DNA of 64,000 nt. Source: the human T2T-CHM13v2.0 reference genome, Homo sapiens. Below, one piece after another: positions 63,713-64,000 of the stretch. The translations under genes and the position numbers were made by a program. The notes under the pieces were generated by a model, which did not search any database, was not told the DNA's origin, and saw only the letters and a program-made list of their open reading frames with translations. Location of the stretch: NCBI RefSeq assembly GCF_009914755.1, contig NC_060937.1; one strand, given 5' to 3'. The stretch's first letter is position 1. Every line of letters begins with the position of its first letter.

Positions 63713-64000
63713 TTTTTTAAGTAAACAGACTATAATTTCATATTGCTTAATTTCTAATTTTACTCCATTTTTCTCAAGGACTGTGGCTTTCTAGGATTTG
63801 GGGTGTTTTTTTTTTGGAGGTTACCAAGAGTCTTTGAGGCCTTGAACATGGCCAATTTTGTAGTAGATTTTAGTCAGTCTTCTTAAAGTCAGTATTTATA
63901 AAGAATATGTGTTTTCATATATTGGGTACATTTTATGTCTATACAATTATGCTTAGCATTGTTATTCAAATCCTCCTTTCTTTACAGAGTTTTTTGGTTC

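Overview
Primate (almost certainly human) genomic DNA, repeat-rich and about 40% GC. The window holds the 3' half of the interferon-stimulated gene EPSTI1 on the minus strand. I can map seven exons by GT-AG sites and translation, probably exons 7-13. They include an in-frame 33-nt cassette exon, a frame-shifting 32-nt micro-exon that turns the 3' UTR into a hydrophobic 94-aa C-terminus, and proximal and distal poly(A) signals. A decayed ZDHHC4 processed pseudogene lies antisense in the upstream intron. The rest is Alu (including an AluYb8), L1, L2, several solo LTRs, MER5/MER20-type elements, a near full-length Tigger1 and microsatellites. The features standard annotation would not explain are three short-range templated insertions. 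Two are direct copies (107 bp and 56 bp) of unique sequence 2.2-2.5 kb away, each landing in an L2 relic. The third is a ~100-bp fold-back palindrome inside Tigger1, built from Tigger1 plus neighbouring L2 sequence. There is no prokaryotic-type system such as CRISPR. Gene and repeat-family names come from recalled sequences, not a database search.
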